Notes: generated by a model not told the origin, from the sequence alone. 63,152 nucleotides of DNA, filler included, from Dirinaria sp. TL-2023a (GCA_051941275.1; 20 parts of 20 records of this genome joined end to end with filler, not necessarily neighbours in it); one strand, 5' to 3'; numbered from the whole stretch's first letter, positions 22,533 to 33,946 are shown. Translations and numbers: made by a program.

Positions 22533-22782
22533 GAGCTAACCACTTTCAGGCTTCACAGAGTGTTCTGTCGGGTTGTAAACATATCTCGGGTAGGTTTTCG
22601 AGGCCAAAACCTAGTCCTAGTGCTGCTAGCGTCTAGAAAGTCATGAAAGGAGAAACATAGGGCAGAGCTAATCCACTTTCGGGCTTCACAGAGTATTTTG
22701 TCGGGTTGTAAACATGTCTCGGGTAGGTTTTCGAGGTACAATCATAGTCCTAGTGTTGCTAGCGCCAGTTAAAATCATGAAA
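22533..22782. repeat. Direct repeat, 2 copies with about 132-bp period
   Basis: GAGCTAA(T)CCACTTTC.GGCTTCACAGAGT..GTCGGGTTGTAAACAT.TCTCGGGTAGGTTTTCGAGG..TAGTCCTAGTG..TCATGAAA at 22533 and 22665. Confidence 0.85.
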
Positions 22783-23063
22783 ATGGGAGCACCGGTCCGG
22801 AAAAGGGGCGGGGCTCTTCTCGTGCTTTCGCACATTACTTTGAGGATCTAGTTACATGTAGTGATGTCAATATTGCATTACAGAGAATCAAGGTCCTTTT
22901 GCGCGCAGGGCAGAACATTAGTATTGGATTGATCAGGAGTGTATTCTTATGTATCGAAAGTACGAGTGAGTGTACAGTACAAATCTTCTGTTAGGATTGG
23001 GCACGCATTCTGGGTACCTTTTTGCTCGAAGAGACGACTGATCAAAGAGCACTTATCTACATC

Positions 23064-25034
23064 TTACAACTCCTCCTCAGCAGATTGCTGTGTCTTACGC
23101 TGCTGAATATCACTGACACCTCTCCGCTCCAGAACCACTTCAGCAGCATTGAGTGTCGCCTCATAAGTTGCCATCGGCTCCTCGTTCAGCTGATCGTAGA
23201 TTAGTGATTTTTCGTTCAAGAAAGCATGGGCCAGCTTCTGCTTGATATGGCGATGCACGGCCTTCTGCAAGGATCGAGCACCGAGCTCGTGGCTGTAGTA
23301 TTGCTTTGCGAGATGCTGTGCGAGCTGCCCGTCGTTCGTGTAGTTCAAGACCAGGCGTCGTGGGAAGAGGTTGGCTTGAACGTTGACCGGCTTGCGGACC
23401 TCGTTCTTGAAATCGCGCATGAACTTGTAAGTCGCTACTGCTTGCTCTAGCGCACTGAAGGGGAGGAACGGGATGATGTATGATAGGCGGCCAGTCAATG
23501 GCGCGCCGAATTTCTGGATCACAACTTGTTCAAGCAGCGTGGAGAGCTTGTCTGAGTCCACGTGAAGGTTCTGAATGTCGCTTCGGCCTTTCACTTTGCT
23601 TGACCAAAACTCCTGGATTACCTGCTCCCCAAGATTGGCTGCAAGGATCCAGATGATTTTGCTACAGTCCAATTTCTTTTGGTTGCGGCGATCATGGTAG
23701 GTTCCGCTCTCGAATGGTAGAAGCAAGGACATGTGAACAGCAGCAGTTGTCTTCTCGAACTCGTCCAAAAAGACTACAGCGCGCTTCCCAGAGTGCTCAG
23801 CAAGGAAGTTGTTGAGCTTGGATCCTATTTCGTAATCCTCGTACGGAGCTTTAGGCCCAAATATGTCCGTCTCGTGCATCATTTCGGTACAATCCACAAT
23901 GTGGATGTCGAGAGAAAGAAGAAGACCCATACGCTTCGCCAATTCTGTTTTGCCATGGCCACTAGCTCCGGTAAAAAGCATAACAAGAGGAAACTCGCTG
24001 TCAAACATATAGTGACTCATAACTCCGTCGATGACCTGCTTGATCGCGGGCGTCTGTCCAATGATGTGGTATGGCGTCTCGAGTAGGGGAAGAATTGAAA
24101 ACGCGGTCGCGATTTGAACCGTCCGCGGCGTGGAAGAAACAACGTGTTTGGCTCGCCAGAGCGAGTATCTTTGCATAAGGCTCAAATTCCTAGCAAGGGC
24201 TTTCCGGAGCTCTGGGATACACCAACCATGAAAGCTGAACAATGCATCTGCTCCCGTCGGAGCCTCCGCTTTAGGAGGTCGTAATGGCGATTCGTACATA
24301 TCGCTGGACAACTGCTCAGGCCTCGCTCCTTCTGCAAGCAGAGCAATAAGTGTGTCAGTAGTGTCCGAGAGGCTGTTTTCGCTGCTGAGGATGGTGTAGG
24401 CAAGTAGAGGCAACGCCCATGGTTCGGCTTTCTTGCTTGGGTCTGCACCAGCTTTACATAGGACTCGCACAATCTCGGGGGAATTCTGTTCCACCGCGAA
24501 AAACAAGATTGGATAGGAATTTGTGTAAGTGTCACACTTGACTGCCGGGCTAAGGTATGGACTGACTTTAGCATTCTCAAAGCTATTTAAGTATCGCTCG
24601 ATAGATGCGGCACCTGCGCCGTGTTGAATGGCCCACGCGAGTCGTGTCAGCGAGAAGGCATGAAAGTCTTTGGCATGGTCTAGGTAAGCCTCTGCGTCAC
24701 GAATCCTGCAGCATTTTTCGTGTTGATCAGCATCGGCAGGCGGCAGGAAGATTGGCAAAATGCTGTCGCGTGTCGCTGAACTGACACGCGTTGCTGAGGT
24801 ATTCGATGTCATTCTTGCAGTTCGTGCTTCGTTCAATGACTTGAATGAATACGAAATTGAAGGTGTGATATGGCTTTGGAAGAGGCGCTGAAGATCCTCA
24901 GTACTTATCGGGCTTTCAGATGGCACGAATGTTAGATTGCGACGTTCCGCGTAAGACAGGTGACTTACTTGTCCAGTGGACTGCTGGACGCCCAGCTTGA
25001 AGAAGGACCAGTTGATGTTTCCATGCGATAGCAA
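23064..25034 (-). CDS. Ankyrin-repeat + single ClpA/B-type AAA+ ATPase (start uncertain)
   Basis: Ankyrin PILFFAVEQNSPEIVRVLCKAGADP; IIGQ; Walker A GASGHGKT; Walker B VVFLDEFEK; Arg finger LTGRL; sensor-2 GARSL. Confidence 0.9.
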   Translation of the reverse strand: MLSHGNINWSFFKLGVQQSTGQVSHLSYAERRNLTFVPSESPISTEDLQRLFQSHITPSISYSFKSLNEARTARMTSNTSATRVSSATRDSILPIFLPPADADQHEKCCRIRDAEAYLDHAKDFHAFSLTRLAWAIQHGAGAASIERYLNSFENAKVSPYLSPAVKCDTYTNSYPILFFAVEQNSPEIVRVLCKAGADPSKKAEPWALPLLAYTILSSENSLSDTTDTLIALLAEGARPEQLSSDMYESPLRPPKAEAPTGADALFSFHGWCIPELRKALARNLSLMQRYSLWRAKHVVSSTPRTVQIATAFSILPLLETPYHIIGQTPAIKQVIDGVMSHYMFDSEFPLVMLFTGASGHGKTELAKRMGLLLSLDIHIVDCTEMMHETDIFGPKAPYEDYEIGSKLNNFLAEHSGKRAVVFLDEFEKTTAAVHMSLLLPFESGTYHDRRNQKKLDCSKIIWILAANLGEQVIQEFWSSKVKGRSDIQNLHVDSDKLSTLLEQVVIQKFGAPLTGRLSYIIPFLPFSALEQAVATYKFMRDFKNEVRKPVNVQANLFPRRLVLNYTNDGQLAQHLAKQYYSHELGARSLQKAVHRHIKQKLAHAFLNEKSLIYDQLNEEPMATYEATLNAAEVVLERRGVSDIQQRKTQQSAEEEL

Positions 25035-26932
25035 ATCTAATTATTCTGCTCTAAGCTTCGCCTTAGCTCTGTAGTACGGCGTTATGCTTTAAGGGATGAT
25101 CGTAAAAGATATATTCAGCAGCTCGAAAACTAGATATGCATTTCAACACTCGAGAGTGAGTTTCAAAACATTGTGCAAAGGGCTCTGATGAGGGATTTGC
25201 ATGCTTGGATGATGACATTGCGTGTTGCAAGCTCGTAAGGTGATGGTTTGTACCAGGAGCTTCGAGCAATGACAATGGTAGTGCTTTGATCGCTTGATTC
25301 CAAAGGGTTATGGGGCAAATCCAACACGTGGCTGGACTGCTGTTTTGGCTGTGCGCATTGTTGAGGGTCTTGTTGTTGCTGATAGAGAATCTCGCTGATA
25401 ACATTGTAGATTGGTGCTGCTCCTGGGATATCCTAATNNNNNNNNNNNNNNNNNNNNNNNNNNNNNNNNNNNNNNNNNNNNTTAATTAATTAANNNNNNN
25501 NNNNNNNNNNNNNNNNNNNNNNNNNNNNNNNNNNNNNATATAAATGAGATGAGGTCAGGTATGGAGGAACAATATATTTCTGAGTCATCGTTTTTTTTTC
25601 TTTCTTTTTTTCTGGAGATGGATGGATGGATAGATGAATGGTATGCTAGTATGGGATAGAGTGCTAGTATATTGTAAGAAAGCTTTTCAAATCTGAAAAT
25701 CTGGAAACCTGAAAGAAAGGAATATGGATCATGAAGTGATAATTCGACAAACAAAAAGCAAAACGATCCCTCAACCAACTTTCCCTCGACCATTTGAATT
25801 CATATTCCCCCTTCTTTTTTCCTTCCCCTTATATATGTATATAGAAAACCCCTTAACCTCCATCTCTTCCCTCTCTTAGCACATACGTGAAATCCATTAA
25901 ACGCAACCTGACTTAAGTAAATAAACTTCCTCCTTGAATCAAAAAAAAAAAAAAAAAAAATCTTCAGTTATATAAAGAAAGAACGCGTAAAGAATGATCC
26001 CCCCCCTTTTTCAAAAACAAAAAGAAAAAAGAAAGAGGGGAGACTTTTGAACGCACACCCCGAAGCGGAAAGAATAGGGATTTTTGGGATTTGTGGTGGG
26101 GGTGGAAATTGATACGTGACCTTGAGGTACTTTACTTTACGCTGGGGATATAGTATGGATGGATAGAGGGTTAAAGAGAAAAAAAGGGAGGGGGGGAGAA
26201 TATCGAGAAACTTGTGCATGCTCTGATTTGAATCGTAACATCTAGATTAGTAATCTTTTTTCTTTCTTTCTTTTTTTTTTCAAATCCTGATATCTGTTGA
26301 CGTCGTGTCAAAGGCCCTCTTGAAGATGGGACTTCGACGATCATATTACATTCAGAATCAAATAACAGGGTTTCGAGAGCTCGCATGTAGATCAGATGCG
26401 CAGACCTCTATTCAACCGTTTTTTCCCTCCCAATAGATTTTGGTTTTCGTATTTGGTGGTCTAGATACATGTGAATAGCTAGAACTCGATGTTGATTATA
26501 TTCGTCTGCTGTCGGATATCTCTGTGTACACAGCGTATATATGCCCAAAAACAAAAAGCCAACCCCTGGATCGTCGCTTCTCTCTTCAAAATCATTCATC
26601 AACAGTCCTGCTGTCAAGGACCCTGAAAATCTCTCTAATATATATAAATGGAGGAATTGTCTTTCCTTGGTTTGCGTCACATCCGTCTCAGTAGGTAGGA
26701 TTCTTGCTGCTGTGCTCTTATGTCTTCCATCTTGGCCGGTTTGTCACGCCTCCGGCGTCCGAGCCCCGACCCTCTGTGTATTTTCGCTATCTGCTTGGCT
26801 ACCCATTGGCCCCAATATTTATATCCGTCCTGTGCTCCAGCGACTCTGATATCTTCTCATCTTCGGCTGTTCCGAAAGATGTGGCTTGCGCTTCTTTTGC
26901 TGCCTCGTTCTCACTCTGCGGCTTTTCCTTCT

Positions 26933-28222
26933 CTAAATCCCCAGCAAAGCTCCTCGGGTATGATCGCCCAACTTGGCCCTGAACAACCTATGCTCCGCAA
27001 AGATGAAGATCTCGCCGTCCCTGCCAAAGCAGAAATTCGTCGCTCCGCCCTCGATCTGGATCTTTCCGATCAGCATGCCCCCACTGTTCCAAACATTGAT
27101 GCCGTCCCCGCAACCAGAATAAACGTTGCCGTACACATCACACTTGATGCCATCTGGAATGCCAGTGTCCGCGTAGGCGAACACTCTCCGGTTCGTCAGA
27201 TACGGGTTGTCGTTTTCCCAAAAGATCGAGTAGGCGTAGATGGTTGCTGCGCGGCGCGGGTCCTGGTTCCCATCACCGTGGATCATGTCGGTGTCTGTGA
27301 TGTAGCAAGTATCTTCGTTGGGTGAAAAGCAGATGCCGTTGGGACGACCGAACCCATCCGCCACGACACGGATGTCTCCCGTCGAGGGATCAAATCTGTA
27401 TACCAGCTGCGGCAGTTGGGGCTTCGGCCGAAAGCCTTTTTCGTAGCCGTATATCGGATCTGTGAACCAGATTGAGCCGTCAGAGTGCACGACGACATCG
27501 TTGGGGGAGTTGAAGGGACGAGAGTGGTAATTGTTGAGCAGTGTGGTGGTTTTATGCGGACGCTTGGCCTCCATGTAGATCAGGCCGGAGGGCTCGCGAA
27601 GCGTGCCTTGGGCGCACAGGATCAAGCCCTCACGATAGTTTGTGCCGCCATTGGCCATGTAGTTACGCTCAGGACAGCGGACTTTGTCGCGGGTAAAGTC
27701 GGTAGGGGAGAAGAACTCGATTTTGGTAACGACGATGGTTTGATTGCGAGTTGTGACTGCATCGGGCGACGGGTCATTGATTCCGTTGGACGTGACAAAT
27801 AGAGTATTCGTGGGAGCGTGGAAGACACCGGCTTCATGGAAGTAGGGAGCTCGTGGATCGTGGATGAGAAGCTGCAGCGATGGGGAAGGTCCCAGGAGGG
27901 AGAGGAAAGAATCATTGTAGATGAGGAAAGGGCGAGGCTGGGGAGCTGAGGGGGAGATGAGGCTTGCTTCCCACAACGCTTCGGATCTCTGGTTTATACG
28001 TTGGGTTTTGCGATTTTCGGCCGTCCATTGCTGCGACGCAGATGTTGCAGGAGATGATGGGCGTGATGACTTGGAAGACGGCGGGCGTCCGCTATAGCGC
28101 TTATCTTTATCGGACGAGCCGTCGGAGAAGCTCACTTTATGAGTACCTGGAGAGGGAGACTTTAGTCCGTTGCCATCGGAGGTTTTGGGCCGCAGCCAGA
28201 AGTGGTTGTGAGACTGCGACAT
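26933..28222 (-). CDS. SMP-30/gluconolactonase family protein
   Basis: HEAG, ANGG, FNSPNDVVV, IWFTDP, PNGICFSP and PDGIKCD..GNVY motifs. Confidence 0.93.
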   Translation of the reverse strand: MSQSHNHFWLRPKTSDGNGLKSPSPGTHKVSFSDGSSDKDKRYSGRPPSSKSSRPSSPATSASQQWTAENRKTQRINQRSEALWEASLISPSAPQPRPFLIYNDSFLSLLGPSPSLQLLIHDPRAPYFHEAGVFHAPTNTLFVTSNGINDPSPDAVTTRNQTIVVTKIEFFSPTDFTRDKVRCPERNYMANGGTNYREGLILCAQGTLREPSGLIYMEAKRPHKTTTLLNNYHSRPFNSPNDVVVHSDGSIWFTDPIYGYEKGFRPKPQLPQLVYRFDPSTGDIRVVADGFGRPNGICFSPNEDTCYITDTDMIHGDGNQDPRRAATIYAYSIFWENDNPYLTNRRVFAYADTGIPDGIKCDVYGNVYSGCGDGINVWNSGGMLIGKIQIEGGATNFCFGRDGEIFIFAEHRLFRAKLGDHTRGALLGI

Positions 28223-28703
28223 GAATAAGGTACAGGAACAAAGATAATTGAAAATGGGGAGAGTAAGAAAAGCGGGGTTTCAACGGCTCAAACGGTCCAG
28301 CAGGAAGTATGTAAGGCAGGTAGGGCAGGATAGAAAAGTGGATGGCTAATAATGCTCGGAGATCAACAGCTCCAGCCTCGACGGACCAGAGAAAGGGTGT
28401 GTAACAAATCCAACGCACCAACAGCGACAAAAATGGGAAAGTGAGTAAGGTACAGTAGTAATCATTAAAGTAGGTAGTGGATTTCATTCATTATTCATGA
28501 GAATTGAGATGGTTATTCTTCCAGGTCGCCGTCGTCGCTCACCTTGCCTGCTCTCTGCACGCCGCTCTCCGCTATGACGCCAACGGCTGGCCAAGCCGGC
28601 GCCNNNNNNNNNNNNNNNNNNNNNNNNNNNNNNNNNNNNNNNNNNNNTTAATTAATTAANNNNNNNNNNNNNNNNNNNNNNNNNNNNNNNNNNNNNNNNN
28701 NNN

Positions 28704-29180
28704 GCGTCAGATTCTGAGATCACATAAAATTTCTGACGTCAGCTGGAAAATCCTGAAAAAGTTCTGGCGCCAGATTCAAAAATCGAGACGTCAGATCAAA
28801 AACCGAGACGTCAGATTCTGACGTCACATAAAAATCCTGGCGCCAGATTATAATCGAGGCGTCAGTATAAAAAACGTAGACCTCAGATCAAAAATGACGA
28901 CGTCAGATCAAAAAATGAAGGCGTCAGATCAAGAATTCTGATGTCAGATTCAAAAATAAAGACGTCAGGGTTCAAAATTGACAAAAATAAAGGCGCCAGA
29001 TCAAAAAATGAAGGCGTCAGATCAAAAAATCTGACGCTAACAGCAATTAAACGCTGCGCAGCGACTCAGAAAAAATAAATATCGCTGCGCAGCAATATAA
29101 AATTAACAAATAACGTTTTTTTATAGTGTAAAATCAAGAGAAAAAGATGCGCAGCAATAAATAATCGATGCGCAGCGACT
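28704..29180. repeat. Array of about 16 units of about 21 bp with core GRCGYCAGAT plus A-tracts, followed by 4 (C)G(C/A)TGCGCAGC palindromes; probable degenerate TE end
   Basis: Repeats are directly visible; cores differ mainly by transitions (GGCGCC/GGCGTC/GACGTC/GATGTC). Confidence 0.75.
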
Positions 29181-29187
29181 CAAAATC

Positions 29188-29667
29188 TGTCATGGTGCTA
29201 AGTCGCACAGTCCTCCAGTCAAGCCTGCCAAGTCTATCACGCGTCGCGTATGTGTCAAGGACTGGGACTGGGACCATCTAAACAGAAGGTATCTGAATTG
29301 ACTATAGGTATATGACTAGGTCTAAGGTACAAGAGATAGCCAAGACGAAAGACCAGGAAAGAAGAAGGGGAATGGGATGCCCTGATATATAAGATTGGCA
29401 ATCCCCTTAGCCGCACATGCGACCCATGTCAAGCTTGGCAGACTCCATCGAGACTGTGCGCCTTGATCCTAGGACTATGTAACTTAGCACCATGACAGTA
29501 TGCGACTATAGGGGGTTGCCAATCTTATATACCAGGACAACCCCATTCCCCTTCTTCTTTCCTTGTCTTTCGTCTTGTATAGTACTTAGTACATAGACCT
29601 AAGTCCATCTAGTAATATAACCTCGTTAACCTCTATCAATGGATAGTTTTCAGTCTAGTCCTTGACA
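29188..29667 (+). mobile_element. Solo LTR A (about 230 bp), interrupted by LTR B
   Basis: Starts TGTCATGGTGCTAAGT and ends GTCCTTGACA (TG..CA, TGTCA/TGACA termini); colinear with LTR B once B is removed. Confidence 0.8.
29253..29497 (-). mobile_element. Solo LTR B (245 bp), same family, inverted, with 5-bp TSD GTATG
   Basis: The reverse strand reads TGTCATGGTGCTAAGT...CAGTCCTTGACA; GTATG flanks it at 29248-29252 and 29498-29502. Confidence 0.88.
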
Positions 29668-29939
29668 ACTACTTAATATATTCTCAAGGTCGGAACAATA
29701 ATAGCTGTTGCAGCTCTGACAGATATTGCGCATCTTGGAAATAAAGCTGTGCAGCTCTCGAATAAACGATTTTTCGCAGTTTAGAAATCATTGATCAATT
29801 TCATTCGTTGCGCATATAGAAGAAACATAATTATCGACAAGCCTACAAGGGGATCGAGTCGGAGTTACACATGAAACTTTTTGAGAGAATAGGTAGAATC
29901 TCCAATAACAAGAAAGAGTGGACTCAATCCCATTATTGT

Positions 29940-31769
29940 CTAGTTCCGATACCCAGAGGAGGCGGCGGCGGCCGCCGCCGCATATAAAGCTTCTATCTCG
30001 CCTTGATACATCTTCAACACCTCCCTCCTCGCAATGGTCCCCTTGGACGTGCGCGGGAACGGTTTCTCCGGCTTCGACAGCATCGTCAACTCCTTGATCA
30101 GCTTCATCTCATCCAAGCACTGCTCATTCGCTTTCTCGATCGTAGGCCACACCTGCTCTTTTTGTTCCTCCGCAGGTAGGGTAGAACCCGGCTCCAGCAT
30201 CTCCAAGATCAAAAACGGTCTCGATCGAGCATCGCCGCCGACGAGGGCGGTGCGGACTTTCGGATCCGTCACAATCACCGCTTCCAGCCCGGAAGCCCGG
30301 ATACTCTGCCCATTGGAGAAATTCACCATATCGTCCAAGCGCCCGACATAAGCCCATCGATCCTCCTTCGTCGGGTGTTTCGAGAACAGGTCCTTGGTCC
30401 CGAACTCGTGCAGGTGCGGGAAGATGTGGAAAACCTGCTGCCACTTCTCGTACTGCGGCTGCCGGCGGAAGACGAATTCGTACATGCCGTCGGTCTTGTG
30501 GACGAATACGCGACCCGTGCCGGGCCGGAAGGCGGAGTAGTCCCATTCGTCGTCGTCGGCGTGGCGGACTTTGGGGAACCAGGAGCCCGTTTCCGTGCTG
30601 CCGATGCAGGGCATTAGTTTCACGTCCTTGACGATCAGGTCCCCGATCGGTTTGCTGAGCGGCGCGCCCGCGTATTGGACGTAGGTCAGCCGCTTCAAGC
30701 AGTCGAGCTGCTCGGGGGTTTTGGTCATCTCTTCGAGCAGCGAAGGTGGCAAGATGGTGCCTTTTACGTTGCCGTATTTGAACACTTGGGTTACGATCTC
30801 GGACGTCGCTGCCCCTTTCGCGGGACCGTAGACGAAGATTCCGCCTAGGAAGACGGTGAATTGCAGGACCCCTGTCATCCCAACAATCTACGATATTTGT
30901 CAGCGATCTCTTAGAGATAGTGCGGTGGTTGGGATCTGTACATGAAGCGAGGGTACAGGTGTATACCAGCGCCCGTCACCATAGTGATCAAGGATGGTCT
31001 CCTCGTCGGCATCGGGCATATCTTTCGCAGCGTCATAGTAGACCATTGTCTTGTTGCTGTGCACGATTGGTTTCGGAAGGCCTAAAATTTGCAGCATTGT
31101 AAGCTTTTTGATTTTGCGGCGGATTCGTCACTTCTCAGGGATGACAAGAGGCGTTCCAAGCTTCAAAATCAGATGAACCCGGGTGCGCCGCTCAGCCACG
31201 AAAAAGCAGGTTTCGTCACACAAGTACCAGCCAAACAAAATATACTCGTACCGGTCGTGCCTGAAGTGTGGAAGATCATCCAAGGATCGTGCGCTGCTTC
31301 TTCCCACGTCTTGTTGTACGGGTACCGAGCAGCTTTCTCCCCATAAAGCCATTTCTCGATTTCAGGGACACAGACCGCACGCACATCCGGCCTATCTTGA
31401 AGTATCTCAGCGATTGCTGTTTGCGCGGAGGCAGAGTGCAGGTAAGCCCGACAGTCGGTTTTGTTGAGCAGGTTCAAATGGCCTTCTTTGGTCGTGAAAG
31501 GCGACGGCAAGAGGATCTGCTCTATGTTTCAATATACACCGTCCCCACCAAAAAGCTAAAGTGAAAAGAAATGGCGGTGGCTTGTGTGCATCATGTGGTA
31601 TCAGGTAGCTTCTTATGATATAATACTAATGAATTTACATTACCTTTCGACCCACTTTCACAGCCGCAACGCCCAGGATCGGGAACCGAATGTCCTTGTC
31701 TCCGGAATAGGCAAACGTCTCGAAAGTGCCCTCGCTGCACACCCCCAGCGTCTGCTCCAGCCACCACGC
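29940..31769 (-). CDS. NRPS-like adenylate-forming enzyme (A domain only; multi-exon, 5' truncated)
   Basis: AWWLE..FETFAY, IFHTSGTTG|LPKPI, YAGAPL, GSTETG, TKDLFSKHP, YVGRLDD and KGTIAR; stops shortly after the A domain. Confidence 0.9.
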
Positions 31770-32874
31770 NNNNNNNNNNNNNNNNNNNNNNNNNNNNNNN
31801 NNNNNNNNNNNNNTTAATTAATTAANNNNNNNNNNNNNNNNNNNNNNNNNNNNNNNNNNNNNNNNNNNNCCCCCCCACCCCCATGCGTGGTTTTATGCGG
31901 AGCATCAACCCCTGAAAACCCCACAATCGCTGGATTCATAGTGGGGTTTATGCGGCGTCCAACGTAGCGCTTGACATGACTCTATACACTCAAGTAGCAT
32001 TCCGACATAAATGTCCTATATGCATGACAATTAGATAGAGACGCAGATCGTTGCTACACATTCATATTTACTGACTACCTCCAGATCGCTTTTGAGACCC
32101 TGGACTTCGCGTTCATTGTGAAATACAACGTTGATCAGCATTCGAAATATCAGTATTGTGCTGTTGCACTTACGGCCAACGAGTTTTCCTAAATCAAATC
32201 GATCTTCGGCCAGCTAATATTTTCTGAATTCAATGGCAGATGACGTATTCACTAATTCTCTAGACAGTCTAAAAAAGGGTTGTTGCTTTTGCGATTGCTG
32301 ACTTCGTTATGACGTTTGCACCTGGACATTGATGTTCCAGCTTTTGAGCTCTCAACGTCTAAGGCTTTAGGGTCCTCTCGTGTACGATAGTGCACTTAAG
32401 ATGAGCCCAGTTGTTTAAGACCAACGCGAGCTTTAGTCTGTGTGCTCTATGCCTGCGTCTTCAGTAAAGCTGCTGGACTTACCCGAGTATATTGTACAGT
32501 TTGAAGATAGGTTTCTTCGGTCTATTTGGCGATTTTTCAGGTCTCGTCTATCAATTTACATCTACTTGAGCTTAAGAGTGCAATCAGTGTCGAAAATGGC
32601 AGGCGCATAAATTTGTTTCAAGCATTCAAAACTTGCGGTGAACGAAGCACAACAGTAAAGCGGGCAGTACTTTAGAGGAAGGCCTTGCATACTATAGCCA
32701 TTTAAAGCGGCTTCCAAATAAGTGCTGCTAAGAATTCTCATAGATAGAGCAATTCTGCCTTCTTCTGATCGAACCGGACGAGGCTGACAGTTTTCAAAAT
32801 TTGCAAAGCCGACATGATCCATACAATCTGCAGCAGTAGACACCATTCATCAGCGAATCTCCAGAGCAACTTCT

Positions 32875-33946
32875 TTAAGATTCCGTAGCGCCATTCATCG
32901 GATCGTTTCTCATTTCAATAAAAATATGGCCATAATCACCTGAATAGTGAGCGTATTCCTAAAAATTTCGACAGGAGCTGATCTGCTTACCAAGTAAATA
33001 CGCCGATCCTATTTTACCTTGCCTTATACACATACCATCAATGGCTACCATCGCCTCCCAAAGACTGTACCATGAAGCGGTTTCCACAGGAGCTGTTATT
33101 CCAATGACGGCTTGACAACTAGGATTATCTGTACGTGGGCTTAAGCCGACTACAGGAATAGTCTCTCTGTCTCCTCTACATACCTGAATGTAGAACAATG
33201 CTTAGAGGAACATCGATTCCCGGCGTACCGCGCCGACCAAAGCGACGTTTAGCAGTCCCGATCGGCATTATCTTTATGATGTCCATACAATTTTCTGGAA
33301 GGGGCCCAAAAGACTCATCGCAGCTCACGGTGGGCTGATAAGATCTCATTTCAAGAGACAAAATCTCTTCTTCGCCTAGAGAATAATTAGAAGCGCAGGT
33401 ATACTGATGTATGAACAGACCTATACCAGTGGCAATCCCACCCACGATATGCCTGGGCCGACTAGCACAATGCCTGAGTAGCAAGTTTCCGGCGTCGGCA
33501 AAGGACCTCAGGCTGGCGTGTGCAAGCTCTGCTTGAGAGCTTGCAATGTCGAAGCAGCAGCGGCCATCACCTGATAATACTCTTAGCGTAGTCTTCGGTA
33601 TTCTTGAATCAATCCAATGCTTACTACTGATATAACGCCACGGCAGGTTTCCCAATTGGCCGACAACCCTTGTACGGAAGGCTACAACTGTCGGATCATG
33701 GCTAATCTGATTCAAGGCTTGTAAACAGCTGGATTGGATCAGATTGTCTCCGTATTTTGACCCGTCACATGCAACAGTCTGAGCACCCAGATTAGCCTTG
33801 TTGGTGTGTGGCCCATGTAACTCAGTGCTGATATTTGGTGCTCCTGTCGACCCTGTACGATGGTTCGTAGCAATGGGTTGGCTAATGGCTAACGCTAGCT
33901 CGCCAAGCAGGAATAAGAAGACAATGTTAAGCTGTACTTGGAGCAT
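32875..33946 (-). CDS. Secreted Cys-rich protein with two tandem homologous domains (5 exons predicted)
   Basis: Signal peptide MLQVQLNIVFLFLLGELALA; repeated pattern V.C..C..I..F..R..(L)P..C..AS(L/W)..C..G; GT-AG introns, last exon ends at TAA 32875. Confidence 0.75.

Noticed and set aside
28704..29040. Regular short repeats as a CRISPR array or clustered CRE (TGACGTCA) sites
   Set aside because: Eukaryotic context, no unique 30-40 nt spacers, no cas genes; cores are degenerate and adjacent to TE debris.
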